Positions 51,778-62,445 of a stretch of DNA of 64,000 nt are shown piece after piece (the stretch's first letter is position 1; each line of letters opens with the position of its first letter). The notes under the pieces were generated by a model. The model searched no databases. It was not told the DNA's origin and saw only the letters and a list, made by a program, of their open reading frames with translations. The DNA is from an uncultured Chloroflexia bacterium. Lineage in GTDB: Bacteria > Chloroflexota > Limnocylindria > QHBO01. The stretch spans positions 256,001-320,000 of the forward strand of contig CAWGTN010000002.1 of NCBI GenBank assembly GCA_963825525.1, in the 5' to 3' direction. A program made the position numbers and the translations under genes.

Positions 51778-51982
51778 CGGTGGTCGAACTGAGCGTGGAC
51801 AAACCGATTCCCGCTAATGCGAACCAGGCGCGCGGTTGTCCAAACCGGAAAGCGCGAGTGGTCATATGTGCGCTCCATGTGCATTAGCCGGCCCTGGCGG
51901 GGTCGGTGGGGTCGAACGAAGCGTGGGAGGAACACTAGGACCGGCCGATTCCCCGCTAATGCAAACCAGGCGAGCAGTTGTC
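51778..51982. repeat. Imperfect intergenic direct repeat (2 copies) with an inverted core between them
   Basis: 51804-51840 vs 51945-51982 differ by 3 substitutions and 1 indel; GCATTAGC at 51881-51888 is complementary to GCTAATGC in both. Confidence 0.8.
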
Positions 51983-52020
51983 AGGACGCGGGCAACGTCG
52001 CGCCGGAGGAGTCCGCGGAG

Positions 52021-53061
52021 TCAGCCGTCGAACAGCCCGGGCTGAGCCGATGCGCCGCGCGGAGGCGTGAGGTCCAGGTGCTCCCACCCGGACGGCGTCA
52101 GCTGCCGGCCGCGAGGGGTCCGTGCCAGCATCCCGATCTGCATGAGGTACGGCTCGACGACATCCTCGATTGTCTCGATCGGCTCGCTGACGGTGGCGGC
52201 CATGGTGGCCAGTCCGACCGGCCCGCCGGCGTGGTGCTCCGCCATGGCCCGCATGAGCTGCCGGTCCATGGCGTCGAGGCCACGATCGTCGATCTCGAGC
52301 AGGCCCAGCGCATCCCCGGCCAGCTCGACGGTCACGCTGCCGTCTCCCCCGCCCCGGACCTGGGCATAGTCACGGACGCGCTTGAGCAGCCGATTCGCTA
52401 TACGCGGCGTCCCCCGCGAGCGACGCGCCACCAGGGCCGCGGCATCATCGGTGAGCGACACACCGAGAATCTCGGCGGATCGGCGCAGGATGCGCTCGAG
52501 CTCGGTCTCGGTGTAGTAGTCGAGCCGATACGTCACGCCGAACCGATCACGCAGCGGCCCGGTGATGCTCCCCACCCGGGTGGTCGCGCCGATGACCGTC
52601 AGATGCTCGATCTGCAGTCGCACCGAGCGGGCGCCCGGGCCCTTGCCGAGCACGACATCAAGCGCGAAGTCCTCCATCGCCGGGTAGAGGATCTCCTCGA
52701 CGGCATGGCTCAGCCGGTGAATCTCGTCAATGAACAGCACGTCGCCCTTGCCCAGGCTGGTGAGCACCGCGGCCAGGTCGCCGGCACGTTCGATGGCGGG
52801 ACCGGAGGTCGTGCGGATCTGGGCACCCATCTCGGCAGCCACGATGTTCGCTAGGGTTGTCTTGCCGAGACCCGGCGGCCCGTAGAGCAGGACGTGGTCG
52901 ACCGGCTCCGACCGATGCTGGGCAGCGTCGATGAGAATCGCCAGGTTCTCCTTGACGCGCTCCTGCCCGGCGAACTCGTCGAGCCGTCGCGGGCGCACCG
53001 TGGTCTCGAGCGCAAGCTCGTCTTCGCCGATCTCGCTCGTCGTGATCCGTTCGATGGTCAT
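52021..53061 (-). CDS. ruvB: Holliday junction DNA helicase RuvB
   Basis: [35 protein letters not shown]. Confidence 0.97.
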   Translation of the reverse strand: MTIERITTSEIGEDELALETTVRPRRLDEFAGQERVKENLAILIDAAQHRSEPVDHVLLYGPPGLGKTTLANIVAAEMGAQIRTTSGPAIERAGDLAAVLTSLGKGDVLFIDEIHRLSHAVEEILYPAMEDFALDVVLGKGPGARSVRLQIEHLTVIGATTRVGSITGPLRDRFGVTYRLDYYTETELERILRRSAEILGVSLTDDAAALVARRSRGTPRIANRLLKRVRDYAQVRGGGDGSVTVELAGDALGLLEIDDRGLDAMDRQLMRAMAEHHAGGPVGLATMAATVSEPIETIEDVVEPYLMQIGMLARTPRGRQLTPSGWEHLDLTPPRGASAQPGLFDG

Positions 53062-53077
53062 CAGTGCGCGTTCGAAT

Positions 53078-53097
53078 CGAACATGTGACCGATTCTA
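53078..53097 (-). promoter_or_regulatory. ruvB promoter -10 (TAGAAT) with adjacent degenerate LexA-like box
   Basis: ATTCTA at 53092-53097; CGAACATGTGACCG at 53078-53091 (2 mismatches). Confidence 0.45.
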
Positions 53098-53101
53098 TCG
53101 C

Positions 53102-54142
53102 TCACCCGATGCCGGCCTCGCCCGCCCACTGCCGGATCGTGGCGTGATGCACCGCCCACGCGCCCCAGACCACCTGCGCCCAGCTTCGGACCTCAGCCAC
53201 GTGGTCGGCCCCGCTCGTCGCCGACAGGACGTCGCGGACCGTGACCGAATACCCGGATGGCGGGACGAGCCACGGCCAGTCCCGTTGGCCATCGGCGAGG
53301 CGCCGCGTCACCGGCAGGAGCGCATCGGGCCCCAATCCATGCTCGAGCCAGGCACACAGGCTGATGAGATGGACGGCAACTGACTGGCGCTGTCTCCGCC
53401 CATCCACGCCGGGATGCTGCGCCGCATAGATGTCGACCGTGTGCCGATGCACCACGCCGTAGGCGGGATCGGAGAACTCGCGCGCGATGAGCTCGCCGAA
53501 CGCGGACCAGCATGCCCCTGACGCCCCGAGGTACTCGTGCGGCTTGATCTCGGGTAGCGGCTGGAAGATCGCGCCGCAGCCAGGGCAGACCTCGATGCGC
53601 CGCTTCAGGTCGTCGGTCGTATCGACATCGACCGGCGGCCCGTCGAGGACGAACGGCGTCATGAGCTCGGATCGGCCGGCCAGGACGGTTCGGAGACCCT
53701 CGTCACCTGTCGCCTGATCCACGAGGTAGAACAGCGATCGCTCGAGGAGCACCGGCGGGCCGATGACATCGCCGGCCATCGACGCCACGGCGTGCCGGCC
53801 CTCTCGATCGGCGCCAACGAGCGCACGGATGGTCGCCGGCGTGAGCATCGGCTGATCTCCGAGCATGATCACCGCCTCATCGACCCCATCGGGCACGGCG
53901 CCGATTCCGAGGCGTAACGACGCGCTCATCCCCTCCTCGGGCCGATCATTCGTCACACGGACCACGTCGGCAGCCAGGGCAACCGAGGTCGGCGCGACGA
54001 CCAGCACCGGCGACAGGCCCGCCGACCGTGCGATGCCGCACACCACGTCGAGCATCGTGCGATCGCCGATTGGCGCCTCCTGCTTGGGTGACCCGAATCG
54101 ACGCGACGTTCCGGCGGCCAGGATGACGGCGGCGGTGCGCAT
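53102..54142 (-). CDS. MocA/MobA-like nucleotidyltransferase fused to a DUF5946-like domain
   Basis: ILAAGTSRRFGSPK, GMSASL, LGDQP, DVDT; then CPGCG..SGACW..DIYAAQHP..VHLISLC. Confidence 0.8.
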   Translation of the reverse strand: MRTAAVILAAGTSRRFGSPKQEAPIGDRTMLDVVCGIARSAGLSPVLVVAPTSVALAADVVRVTNDRPEEGMSASLRLGIGAVPDGVDEAVIMLGDQPMLTPATIRALVGADREGRHAVASMAGDVIGPPVLLERSLFYLVDQATGDEGLRTVLAGRSELMTPFVLDGPPVDVDTTDDLKRRIEVCPGCGAIFQPLPEIKPHEYLGASGACWSAFGELIAREFSDPAYGVVHRHTVDIYAAQHPGVDGRRQRQSVAVHLISLCAWLEHGLGPDALLPVTRRLADGQRDWPWLVPPSGYSVTVRDVLSATSGADHVAEVRSWAQVVWGAWAVHHATIRQWAGEAGIG

Positions 54143-54192
54143 CGCCCAATTCTGCACACATGACCTGTGACCGACTCTGCGATCATTCCACG

Positions 54193-55791
54193 ATGGCCCA
54201 GCCGTACGACCTCCTGATCGAGGGAGGCCGCATCATCGATGGATCGGGCGCACCCGGATTCGAGGGCGCCGTCGGCGTCCGGGATGGCGTCCTCCATGTG
54301 CTCCGTGGCTCGACCGACGATCTCGATGCAGGCACGCGGATCAACGCGAGCGACCAAGTTGTTGCGCCCGGCTTCATCGACCTCCACTCCCACTCGGGGC
54401 TCATGATCTTCGCCGATCCGCTCCACGAGCCGAAGGTGCGTCAAGGGGTCACGACCGAGGTCATCGGCGTCGACGGGCTGTCCTACGCGCCGATCCCCGA
54501 TCCGGCGGACCTCGAGGCCCTGGCCCACATCAACGCCGGGCTCGACGGGCGCCCCGACATCGCGTACGACTGGACCAGCGTCGAGAGCTATCTCGACCGG
54601 CTCGACGGGCTGCACCCGTCGCTGAACCTGGCCTTCATGGTCGGCAACAGCGCGCTGCGCATCGGCGCCATGGGATGGGACGAAGTCGAGGCGACGGCCG
54701 ACGACATGGCGAACATGCGGGCGATGCTGCGGGAGGCCATGGAGCAGGGCGCCATCGGCGTCACATCGGGCCTTGACTACCCGCCTGGCGCCTACGCCAC
54801 GACCGATGAGCTGGCCGCACTGACCTCCGAGGCGGCGCGTGGCGGCGGGTTCTATCACACCCATGTCCGGTACGACCTCGGTGACCGATACCTGGACCCG
54901 TTCCGCGAGGCGATCGAGATCGGCAGGCGCGGCGAGGGCCCGACCCACATCACCCACTTCTACCACCGGCAGACGTTCCCCGACGGCCCGGGGCCGATGC
55001 TGGCGCTCGTCGACGACGCGCGCGCCGCTGGGCTCGATGTCACGTTCGACACCTATCCGTACGAGTGGGCGTCGACCCGCCTGCTGATCATGATCCCGCC
55101 ATGGGTACAGGCCGGCGGGCCGGCGCCGACGAAGGAGCGGCTGGCCGACCCCGGTGTCCGAGATCGGATCCGACAGGAGCTCGCCGAACGGGGAACGCTC
55201 TTTGCGGGGCGACGCGCGTGGGATGACGTTCGGGTCGGCGCATTCACCCATCCGGAGCTGATGCGCTGGGAGGGTTCGACGTTGGGTGCGGTGATCGCCG
55301 ACCGGGGCGACGATCCGGTCGACGTGCTCTGCGACCTGTTGCTGGCCGAGGACCTGCGGCTCAACCAGGTCACTCCCGGCCCATGGACGGACACGCTCCG
55401 CGACTTCATCCGACATCCCATCGGCATGATCGGCACCGACTCGACGTTCATCGGCGCCAAGCCCTCCCCGCGGACGTATGGGTCATTTCCGCGGGTGCTC
55501 GGCCAGTTCGTGCGCGAGGAGGCGCTGCTCACGCTCGAGGAAGCCGTGCGCTCGATGACATCGGCGCCGGCGGCGCGCCTCGGGTTCCCCGACCGAGGAT
55601 TCGTCCGCGACGGCTACGCGGCGGACCTCGTCATCTTCAACCCCGATCGCGTCCGCTCCAACGCCACCTACGACGAGCCACGGCGGTTTCCCGACGGCAT
55701 CGATTGGGTCGTGGTGGGCGGCGAGGTTGTCGTCGCCGCGGGCGACCACACCGGTGCCCGCCCCGGCCGCGTCATCCGAAGGGGTCGTTGA
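54193..55791 (+). CDS. N-acyl-D-amino-acid deacylase family amidohydrolase
   Basis: APGFIDLHSH, QGVTTEV, PRTYGSFPR, ADLVIF. Confidence 0.9.
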   Translation: MAQPYDLLIEGGRIIDGSGAPGFEGAVGVRDGVLHVLRGSTDDLDAGTRINASDQVVAPGFIDLHSHSGLMIFADPLHEPKVRQGVTTEVIGVDGLSYAPIPDPADLEALAHINAGLDGRPDIAYDWTSVESYLDRLDGLHPSLNLAFMVGNSALRIGAMGWDEVEATADDMANMRAMLREAMEQGAIGVTSGLDYPPGAYATTDELAALTSEAARGGGFYHTHVRYDLGDRYLDPFREAIEIGRRGEGPTHITHFYHRQTFPDGPGPMLALVDDARAAGLDVTFDTYPYEWASTRLLIMIPPWVQAGGPAPTKERLADPGVRDRIRQELAERGTLFAGRRAWDDVRVGAFTHPELMRWEGSTLGAVIADRGDDPVDVLCDLLLAEDLRLNQVTPGPWTDTLRDFIRHPIGMIGTDSTFIGAKPSPRTYGSFPRVLGQFVREEALLTLEEAVRSMTSAPAARLGFPDRGFVRDGYAADLVIFNPDRVRSNATYDEPRRFPDGIDWVVVGGEVVVAAGDHTGARPGRVIRRGR

Positions 55792-55797
55792 CCCCCG

Positions 55798-56307
55798 TCA
55801 GAATGGCTTGACGATCATCAGCGCCAGGATCACGAACAGCATCAGTGACATGAACTGCCCGCCCCGCGCGGCCTTCTGCGAGAGCGCGACGAAGGCGGGC
55901 GGCGGACCAGCAGCGGCCGCGTCAGGTGGAGGCGGCTGGCTCGTGAACGCGACCATCTTTCGCACGGTGGGCAGCTGGACGAGGTTTGCGTAGGCGAAGG
56001 TGATGAGGAACAGGACGATCGCGATCGCGAGCCACGGCAGCTCGAGCGGGTTGTAGCCACGAGTCACGATCAGCCCGACGCCCATTAGGAAGACGAACGC
56101 GCTCCCCGGCTCGACCACCTTCTCGGTGATCCACTCCATGGTGCGCAGGACGAAGTTCCCGTGTTGCGGCTCCTTGGCCGCCTTGGCTGCGATGAACGGG
56201 AAGGCGATCGTCGGGCCGAACGCCACAATGACGCCGCCGACATGCAGGTAGAGAAACAACGTCCCGAGCCAGTCCACTGAACCCTCCGCTTGCTCGCTGG
56301 TAGTCAC
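55798..56307 (-). CDS. DUF2269-like membrane protein
   Basis: 4 TM segments, LHV..VAFGP, ends LMIVKPF. Confidence 0.75.
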   Translation of the reverse strand: MTTSEQAEGSVDWLGTLFLYLHVGGVIVAFGPTIAFPFIAAKAAKEPQHGNFVLRTMEWITEKVVEPGSAFVFLMGVGLIVTRGYNPLELPWLAIAIVLFLITFAYANLVQLPTVRKMVAFTSQPPPPDAAAAGPPPAFVALSQKAARGGQFMSLMLFVILALMIVKPF

Positions 56308-56369
56308 AATCGACGCATCAGGGTATGTCCCGCGTCAACAGGCGAGTGGCGAGGCGCTAGCATTGGCCG

Positions 56370-58760
56370 ATGGAGCGCCCGAGCCTGACCGTCCGCACGA
56401 CCTCGCCGGGTGTTGCGAGCGACACCACCCCGTTGGTCATCCCGACCGATGCCCCGTCACCCGGCCGTGCTCGATCCGCCGCCCCACTGCGCCGCGAGGG
56501 CCCGGACAAGCTCACCGGGGCCGCGAAATACGCCGATGACCTCGTGTTTCCCGGAGCGTGGTTCGGCGCCACGATCCGCTCCAGAGATGCGCACGCCCGG
56601 CTGCTCGAGATCTCGCTCGACGACGGATTCGACTGGAAGCGCGTCGTCGTGGTCACCGCGGACGACATCCCCGGCGAGAACATCGTGAGCCTCATCAGTG
56701 ACGATCAGCCCGTCCTCGTGCCGGTCGGAGGCGAGATCCAGCACCAGGCGGAGGCCTGTGCCCTCATCGCCGCCCCGGACCGCGCGACCCTCCACGAGGC
56801 GCGACGACGTGTGCAGCTCAAGACTGAACGACTACCTCCGACATTCGATCCACTCGAGTCCGACCGGGAGTTCGCCCACTACACGGTGGCGCGCGGGGAC
56901 GCCGCAGCCGCCATGGCCGGCGCCGAGCTGGTCATCGAGGGCACGTACCGCGTCGGCCACCAGGAACAGCTGTATATCGAGAACCAGGCGATGATCGCCG
57001 TGCCTCGCGAGGATGGTGGAGTCACGGTCCACGGATCGCTGCAGTGCCCGTACTACATCCACAAGGCGATGAAGCGTGCGCTCGATATGAGCGACGAGCT
57101 GGCTGTGGTGGTGCAGGCCGAGACGGGCGGCGGATTCGGCGGCAAGGAGGAGTACCCGTCGGTCGTGGCGCTCCACGCGTCGCTGCTCGCGCTCAAGTGC
57201 CGCAAGCCGGTTCGCATGATCTACGACCGCCACGAGGACATCAGCGCCACGACGAAGCGCCACCCTGCGGTCATTCGCTATCGGTCCGGGGTGAGCGCCA
57301 CAGGCGAGCTCGTCGCGCAGGAGATAGAGGTGATCATGGACGGCGGTGCGTACTGCACGCTCACGCCCGTCGTCCTGTCACGCGGCATCCTCCATGCCGG
57401 CGGCCCCTATCGCTGCGAGAACGTTCGGATCACGGGGCGAGCCATGGCCACCAACACGCCTCCGAACGGAGCCTTCCGCGGATTCGGCGCGCCGCAGACC
57501 GAGTTCGCGGCCGAGATGCAGGTGAACCGAATCGCCGAAGCGCTCGACGCCTCGCCCCTGGACCTGCGCCGGCGCTGGGTGTACCGCGAGGGCGACACGA
57601 CGCCCACGGGCCAGGTGCTCCGCGAGAGCGTGGGCGGGACCGACGTGCTCGAGGCGGCAGCCGCGGCGGCCGGATTCGACCGCACCCATGCCCAGACTCG
57701 ATCTATGCGAGAGGCCCGAACCGATGGCGCCCGCACCGCCACCGGCATCGGCATGGCACTGGCCTGGCATGGTGCCGGATTCACCGGATCGGGCGAGGTG
57801 AGGCTGGCCTCGGTGGCATCGCTGGAGATCACCGACGACGGCCGAATCCGGATTCTCACCGCGTCGACCGAGATGGGCCAGGGAACGAAGACGATCTTCC
57901 CCCAGATCGTCGCCGAAGCCCTCGGCGTCGACTATGACGAGGTCGAGATCGCTCCCCAGGACACATCGATCGTTCCCGACTCGGGGCCGACCGTGGCCAG
58001 CCGGACCGCGATGGTCGTCGGTGGCCTCCTCATCCGGGCAGCGGAGAAGCTCCGGAAGCGCGTCGAAGACGCAGCAGGGCGACCGTTCTCGGAGGCATAC
58101 CGTGACGCGGGACCGATGCGCATCGACGAGCAGTTCGTCGCCTACCCCGGCGAGCCGTTCGACGACACCAACTACACGGGTGACGCGTATCCGGCCTTCG
58201 GCTGGGCCGCCGCGGTCGCCCGGGTCGACGTCGACCTGGATACCGGCGAGGTCGCGGTGCGCGAGTGCGTCAGCGCCGATGACATCGGGCGCGTCATCCA
58301 TCCAATTCTCGCCGAGGGACAGGTGGAGGGAGGCACCCTGCAGGCAATCGGCTACGCCACCATTGAAGAGATGAAGCTCGTCGGTGGGCGCTACCTCAAC
58401 GATCGGCTGGCGACCTATCTCATTCCCACCTCCCTCGATGCGCCGCGCCTGCGCTCGATCCTGGTCGAGAAGCCGTTCTCGGGAGCCCCACACGGTGCAA
58501 AGGGCGTCGGAGAGCTGCCGATGGACGTCGGCGCACCCGCTGTCGTGGCGGCCATTCATGATGCGACCGGGGTCTGGATCCACGATCTCCCGGCAACCCC
58601 GGAGCGCATCCTTGCGGCGATGACCGGCGGCGACCCGCTGCCGGCTCCCGGGGTATCACTCGACGAGCCCGCACCCAGGACGCCGCCCATCGAGAACCTA
58701 CCGCCCGGTGGCGACGCCATGCCGTTTCGCGCCCCGACCGATGAGGGCCAGGCACAATGA
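56370..58760 (+). CDS. Xanthine dehydrogenase-family molybdopterin-binding subunit
   Basis: GGGFGGKE, AFRGFG, EMGQG, EGQVEGG, KGVGE. Confidence 0.93.
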   Translation: MERPSLTVRTTSPGVASDTTPLVIPTDAPSPGRARSAAPLRREGPDKLTGAAKYADDLVFPGAWFGATIRSRDAHARLLEISLDDGFDWKRVVVVTADDIPGENIVSLISDDQPVLVPVGGEIQHQAEACALIAAPDRATLHEARRRVQLKTERLPPTFDPLESDREFAHYTVARGDAAAAMAGAELVIEGTYRVGHQEQLYIENQAMIAVPREDGGVTVHGSLQCPYYIHKAMKRALDMSDELAVVVQAETGGGFGGKEEYPSVVALHASLLALKCRKPVRMIYDRHEDISATTKRHPAVIRYRSGVSATGELVAQEIEVIMDGGAYCTLTPVVLSRGILHAGGPYRCENVRITGRAMATNTPPNGAFRGFGAPQTEFAAEMQVNRIAEALDASPLDLRRRWVYREGDTTPTGQVLRESVGGTDVLEAAAAAAGFDRTHAQTRSMREARTDGARTATGIGMALAWHGAGFTGSGEVRLASVASLEITDDGRIRILTASTEMGQGTKTIFPQIVAEALGVDYDEVEIAPQDTSIVPDSGPTVASRTAMVVGGLLIRAAEKLRKRVEDAAGRPFSEAYRDAGPMRIDEQFVAYPGEPFDDTNYTGDAYPAFGWAAAVARVDVDLDTGEVAVRECVSADDIGRVIHPILAEGQVEGGTLQAIGYATIEEMKLVGGRYLNDRLATYLIPTSLDAPRLRSILVEKPFSGAPHGAKGVGELPMDVGAPAVVAAIHDATGVWIHDLPATPERILAAMTGGDPLPAPGVSLDEPAPRTPPIENLPPGGDAMPFRAPTDEGQAQ

Positions 58761-59224
58761 GCTTTGAGTTCACGGTCAATGGCGCACCGGTCGAGGTCGA
58801 GGCGACCGGTACCCGACGCCTGCTTGATGTGCTGCGTGAAGATCTGGGCCTGACCGGCACGAAGGAGGGGTGTGGCGAGGGAGAATGCGGAGCCTGCAGC
58901 GTCCTTGTCGACGGCGCGGTGGTGGACGCCTGCCTGGTACCCGTGAGCCAGGCAGCCGGCCGAATGGTGCGAACCGTCGAGGATCTCGCCGCGGACAGCG
59001 GACTGGACGTCCTGCAGCAGGCATTTCTGGAGACCGGCGGCGCCCAGTGCGGCATCTGCACGCCGGGGATGCTGATGGCGGGCCACGCGTTCCTCGCATC
59101 GGGCGCGGAGCCCAGCGAGGAGAACATTCGCGAGGCAATCGCCGGCAACCTGTGTCGCTGCACCGGCTACACGAAGATCATTGATGCCATCGCCCTCGCG
59201 GCCGAACGGAGCGCGCATTCATGA
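58757..59224 (+). CDS. Xanthine dehydrogenase-family [2Fe-2S] subunit
   Basis: GCGEGECGAC, QCGICTPG, NLCRCTGY. Confidence 0.95.
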   Translation: MSFEFTVNGAPVEVEATGTRRLLDVLREDLGLTGTKEGCGEGECGACSVLVDGAVVDACLVPVSQAAGRMVRTVEDLAADSGLDVLQQAFLETGGAQCGICTPGMLMAGHAFLASGAEPSEENIREAIAGNLCRCTGYTKIIDAIALAAERSAHS

Positions 59225-59358
59225 CCGATGCCCCCGAACCCCTCGCTGCGGCGGTCGACGACCACGACGTGACGCTGGCCATCACTCCGGGGCAGCTCAT
59301 CCTGGTGGCGATCGCGGCCCTCGTGCTTCTGCGCATCGTTCGCAGCTTCCGCGGGTAA
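59221..59358 (+). CDS. 45-aa single-TM membrane protein (absent from the ORF track)
   Basis: MTDAPEPLAAAVDDHDVTLAITPGQLILVAIAALVLLRIVRSFRG; ATGA overlap upstream, 5 nt gap downstream. Confidence 0.7.
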   Translation: MTDAPEPLAAAVDDHDVTLAITPGQLILVAIAALVLLRIVRSFRG

Positions 59359-59363
59359 CGGCG

Positions 59364-60236
59364 ATGCCGAACGCGGTGGAGCCGCCATCCGAGTCCCCCA
59401 CCCGGCTCGAAGCCGCCCTGGCGCTCATGGCCGATGCCTCCGGTGCGACGTGGACCCCACTGGCCGGTGGGACCGACCTCATGGTCCAGATGACCGGCGA
59501 GATCGGCGAACCGCCCACCCGCGTCCTGGACATCTGGGCCCTGGATGAGCTGCGCGGGATCAGCGTGGTGGGCGATGCTCTATCGATCGGCGCCCTCACC
59601 ACGTACACCGAGCTGCGCACGTCTCCGGTCATCGCCGAATTCGTCCCGGCGTTGGCCGATGCTGCCGCGACGATCGGCGCGGCCCAGATTCAGAATCGCG
59701 GGACGATCGGGGGCAATGTGATCAACGCTTCTCCCGCCGGCGACACGCTCCCGGTGCTCCTGGCGCTGGGCGCGCGCTTCGTGCTCGTCTCGACGAACGG
59801 CGCGCGGACCGTGCCGTCCGATGAGTTCTGGACCGGCTACCGGAAGACGGCGCGCACGGCGGACGAGCTGCTCCTCCGCGTCGAGATCCCCATCGTCGCG
59901 GATCGGCAGGTCCGATTCCGCAAGATCGGGACGCGGCGGGCACAGGCGATCAGCAAGGTCGTCATCGCCCTCGCCTGGCGAGGATCGACCGGCGACGCAG
60001 CATGGTCCGACGTTCGCCTGGCGCTGGGATCGGTGGCCGCGACCACGGTACGCGCCCCCCGGACCGAGGCCGTTCTCGAGGGCTCGCGGCCGGATCGTGA
60101 CACGGCCGACCTGGCGGTCAGCGCGCTGGCATCGGAGCTGGTGCCCATCGATGACGTGCGGTCCACGGCGGCGTACCGGCAACTCGTGGCCGGCCGCGTC
60201 CTGCATCGGCTCCTGCGCGACGAGGGTGGTTGGTGA
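59364..60236 (+). CDS. Xanthine dehydrogenase-family FAD-binding subunit
   Basis: AGGTDL, QIQNRGTIGGN..ASPAGD, PIDDVRSTAAYR. Confidence 0.93.
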   Translation: MPNAVEPPSESPTRLEAALALMADASGATWTPLAGGTDLMVQMTGEIGEPPTRVLDIWALDELRGISVVGDALSIGALTTYTELRTSPVIAEFVPALADAAATIGAAQIQNRGTIGGNVINASPAGDTLPVLLALGARFVLVSTNGARTVPSDEFWTGYRKTARTADELLLRVEIPIVADRQVRFRKIGTRRAQAISKVVIALAWRGSTGDAAWSDVRLALGSVAATTVRAPRTEAVLEGSRPDRDTADLAVSALASELVPIDDVRSTAAYRQLVAGRVLHRLLRDEGGW

Positions 60237-60844
60237 GGCGTCCGACTCGGGACGAGGTGGAGGTGTTCGAATCACCGGCTGACTTTCGCTCGTGGCTGGA
60301 GCAGCACCACGCCACCTCTGACGCCGTCTGGGTGGCCTACTACCGCAAGGACGTGCCGAAGGTGTCGATGACCTACGGGGAGGCGGTCGAGGTCGCGCTC
60401 TGCTACGGCTGGATCGACGGCATCGGCTACCGCGTTGATGACGAGGTCAGCACGAACCGCTTCACGCCACGCCGCACGGGCAGCTACTGGAGCACGGTGA
60501 ACATCGCCAAGGTCGAGCGACTGACGCGGGAGGGTCTCATGGCCCCGGCCGGCCTGCGTGCCTTCGAAGCGCGCGACCAATCGTCCGAGGCGCGCTATTC
60601 CTACGAGAATCGACCGGCCGACCTGCCGCCCGCGATGCTCGATCGGCTCAGGGGCAACCCCGATGCGGCGCGCTACTGGGAGCAGCAGACGCCCGGCTAC
60701 CGCCGCGCCGCCGCCTTCTGGGTGATGGGTGCCAAGCGCGAGGAGACGCGCCTGCGGCGCCTGGAGCAGCTCACACAGGACGCGGCCGCCGGACGCCCGA
60801 TCAAGATGCTCTCCTACGGCCGAGATCGCTCCGCCGGGCGCTGA
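60233..60844 (+). CDS. YdeI/OmpD-associated family protein
   Basis: [25 protein letters not shown]. Confidence 0.88.
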   Translation: MRRPTRDEVEVFESPADFRSWLEQHHATSDAVWVAYYRKDVPKVSMTYGEAVEVALCYGWIDGIGYRVDDEVSTNRFTPRRTGSYWSTVNIAKVERLTREGLMAPAGLRAFEARDQSSEARYSYENRPADLPPAMLDRLRGNPDAARYWEQQTPGYRRAAAFWVMGAKREETRLRRLEQLTQDAAAGRPIKMLSYGRDRSAGR

Positions 60845-60863
60845 CTGCTGGGACAATGGGCGA

Positions 60864-62445
60864 ATGACCGATATGCCAGATGGCGTCCAGATCAGCCGAC
60901 CGACCGATCACGCCGACGAGATCCTCACGCCCGATGCTCTCGCGTTCGCCGCCGACCTGCATCGGCGCTTCAATGCCCGCAGGCTCGGACTGCTGGAGGC
61001 CCGAACGGTGCGCCAGGCCAGCTTCGATGCTGGCAGCCTGCCGGACTTCCTGCCCGAAACCGCGTCCGTTCGAGAGGACGACTCGTGGCAGGTCGGGGTC
61101 GGCGCCCGCTGACCTCGACGATCGCCGGGTTGAGATCACGGGACCGGCCGAGCCCAAGATGATGATCAACGCGCTGAACAGCGGCGCCAAGGTGTTCATG
61201 TGCGACTTCGAGGACGCGCTGTCGCCCACCTGGGACAACGTCGTGACGGGCCAGTGGGCGGTGCGCGAAGCCGCCCGACGCCGCCTGAGCCATCGGACCG
61301 CAGAGAAGACATACGAGCTCGCGCCGCAGATCGCGACCCTCGTCGTGCGGCCGCGCGGATGGCACCTCGACGAGGCGCACGTCACCGTCGATGGCGAGCC
61401 GATTGCCGCAAGCCTGTTCGACTTCGGGTTGACGTTCTTTCACAACGCCCGCGAGCAGCTGGCTCGGGGCTCCGGGCCGTACTTCTACCTGCCGAAGCTC
61501 GAGTCGCACCTCGAGGCGAGGCTCTGGAACGATGTCTTCATCCACGCTCAGGAGGCCCTGGGGATTCCTCGCGGCTCGATCCGGGCGACGGTCCTGATCG
61601 AGCACATTCTCCTGGCCTTCGAGATGGAGGAGGTCCTCTACGAGCTCCGAGAGCACGCGGCCGGCCTGAATGCCGGCCGATGGGACTACATCTTCAGCAT
61701 GATCAAGACGTTTCGGTCGCGCGACGACATGATCCTGCCCGACCGCTCGAACGTCACGATGACCGTGCCCTTCATGCGCGCGTACACCGAGCTCCTCGTC
61801 CGGACCTGCCACCGTCGTGGCGCCCATGCCATGGGCGGCATGGCTGCCTTCATTCCCTCCCGTCGCGATGCTGACGTCAATGAGCGCGCGCTCGCCGCCG
61901 TCCGCGCCGACAAGGAGCGCGAGTCCGGCGACGGGTTCGATGGCACATGGGTCGCCCACCCTGACCTGGTGCCGATTGCGCACGAGGTCTTCGACAAGGT
62001 GCTCGCAGAGCGGCCCCACCAGAAGGGGCGCCAGAGAAGCGACGTGGTCGCCGACGGGGCGGCGCTCCTGGACGTGAGCGTGCCGGGCGGCGCCGTCACC
62101 GAGGCCGGTGTGCGCGCCAACATCTCGGTCGGGCTGGCCTACCTGGCGAGCTGGCTGGCCGGCAACGGGGCCGCGGCCATCAACAACCTCATGGAGGACG
62201 CGGCGACGGCGGAGATCAGCCGCTCTCAGCTCTGGCAGTGGCGCACGCAGGAGTCGCCGATCGAAGACGGCCAGCCGATGACGGCCGGGCGATACCGTTC
62301 CTGGCGCGACGAGGAGCTCACCGCGCTCCGCCAGGCGACCCCCGAGGCGCCCTGGGACGCGGCCGCCGAGCTGCTCGATGAGCTCGTGCTGTCCGACGAG
62401 TACGCGACGTTTCTCACCCTCGTCGCCTACGGTCGGCTTGGCTAG
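60864..62445 (+). CDS. aceB: Malate synthase A; apparent +1 frameshift in the G run at 61095-61098
   Basis: [41 protein letters not shown]; N-terminal EILTPDAL lies in another frame. Confidence 0.92.

Noticed and set aside
51778-51982. CRISPR array
   Set aside because: Only two imperfect copies separated by about 100 nt, and no cas genes in the window.
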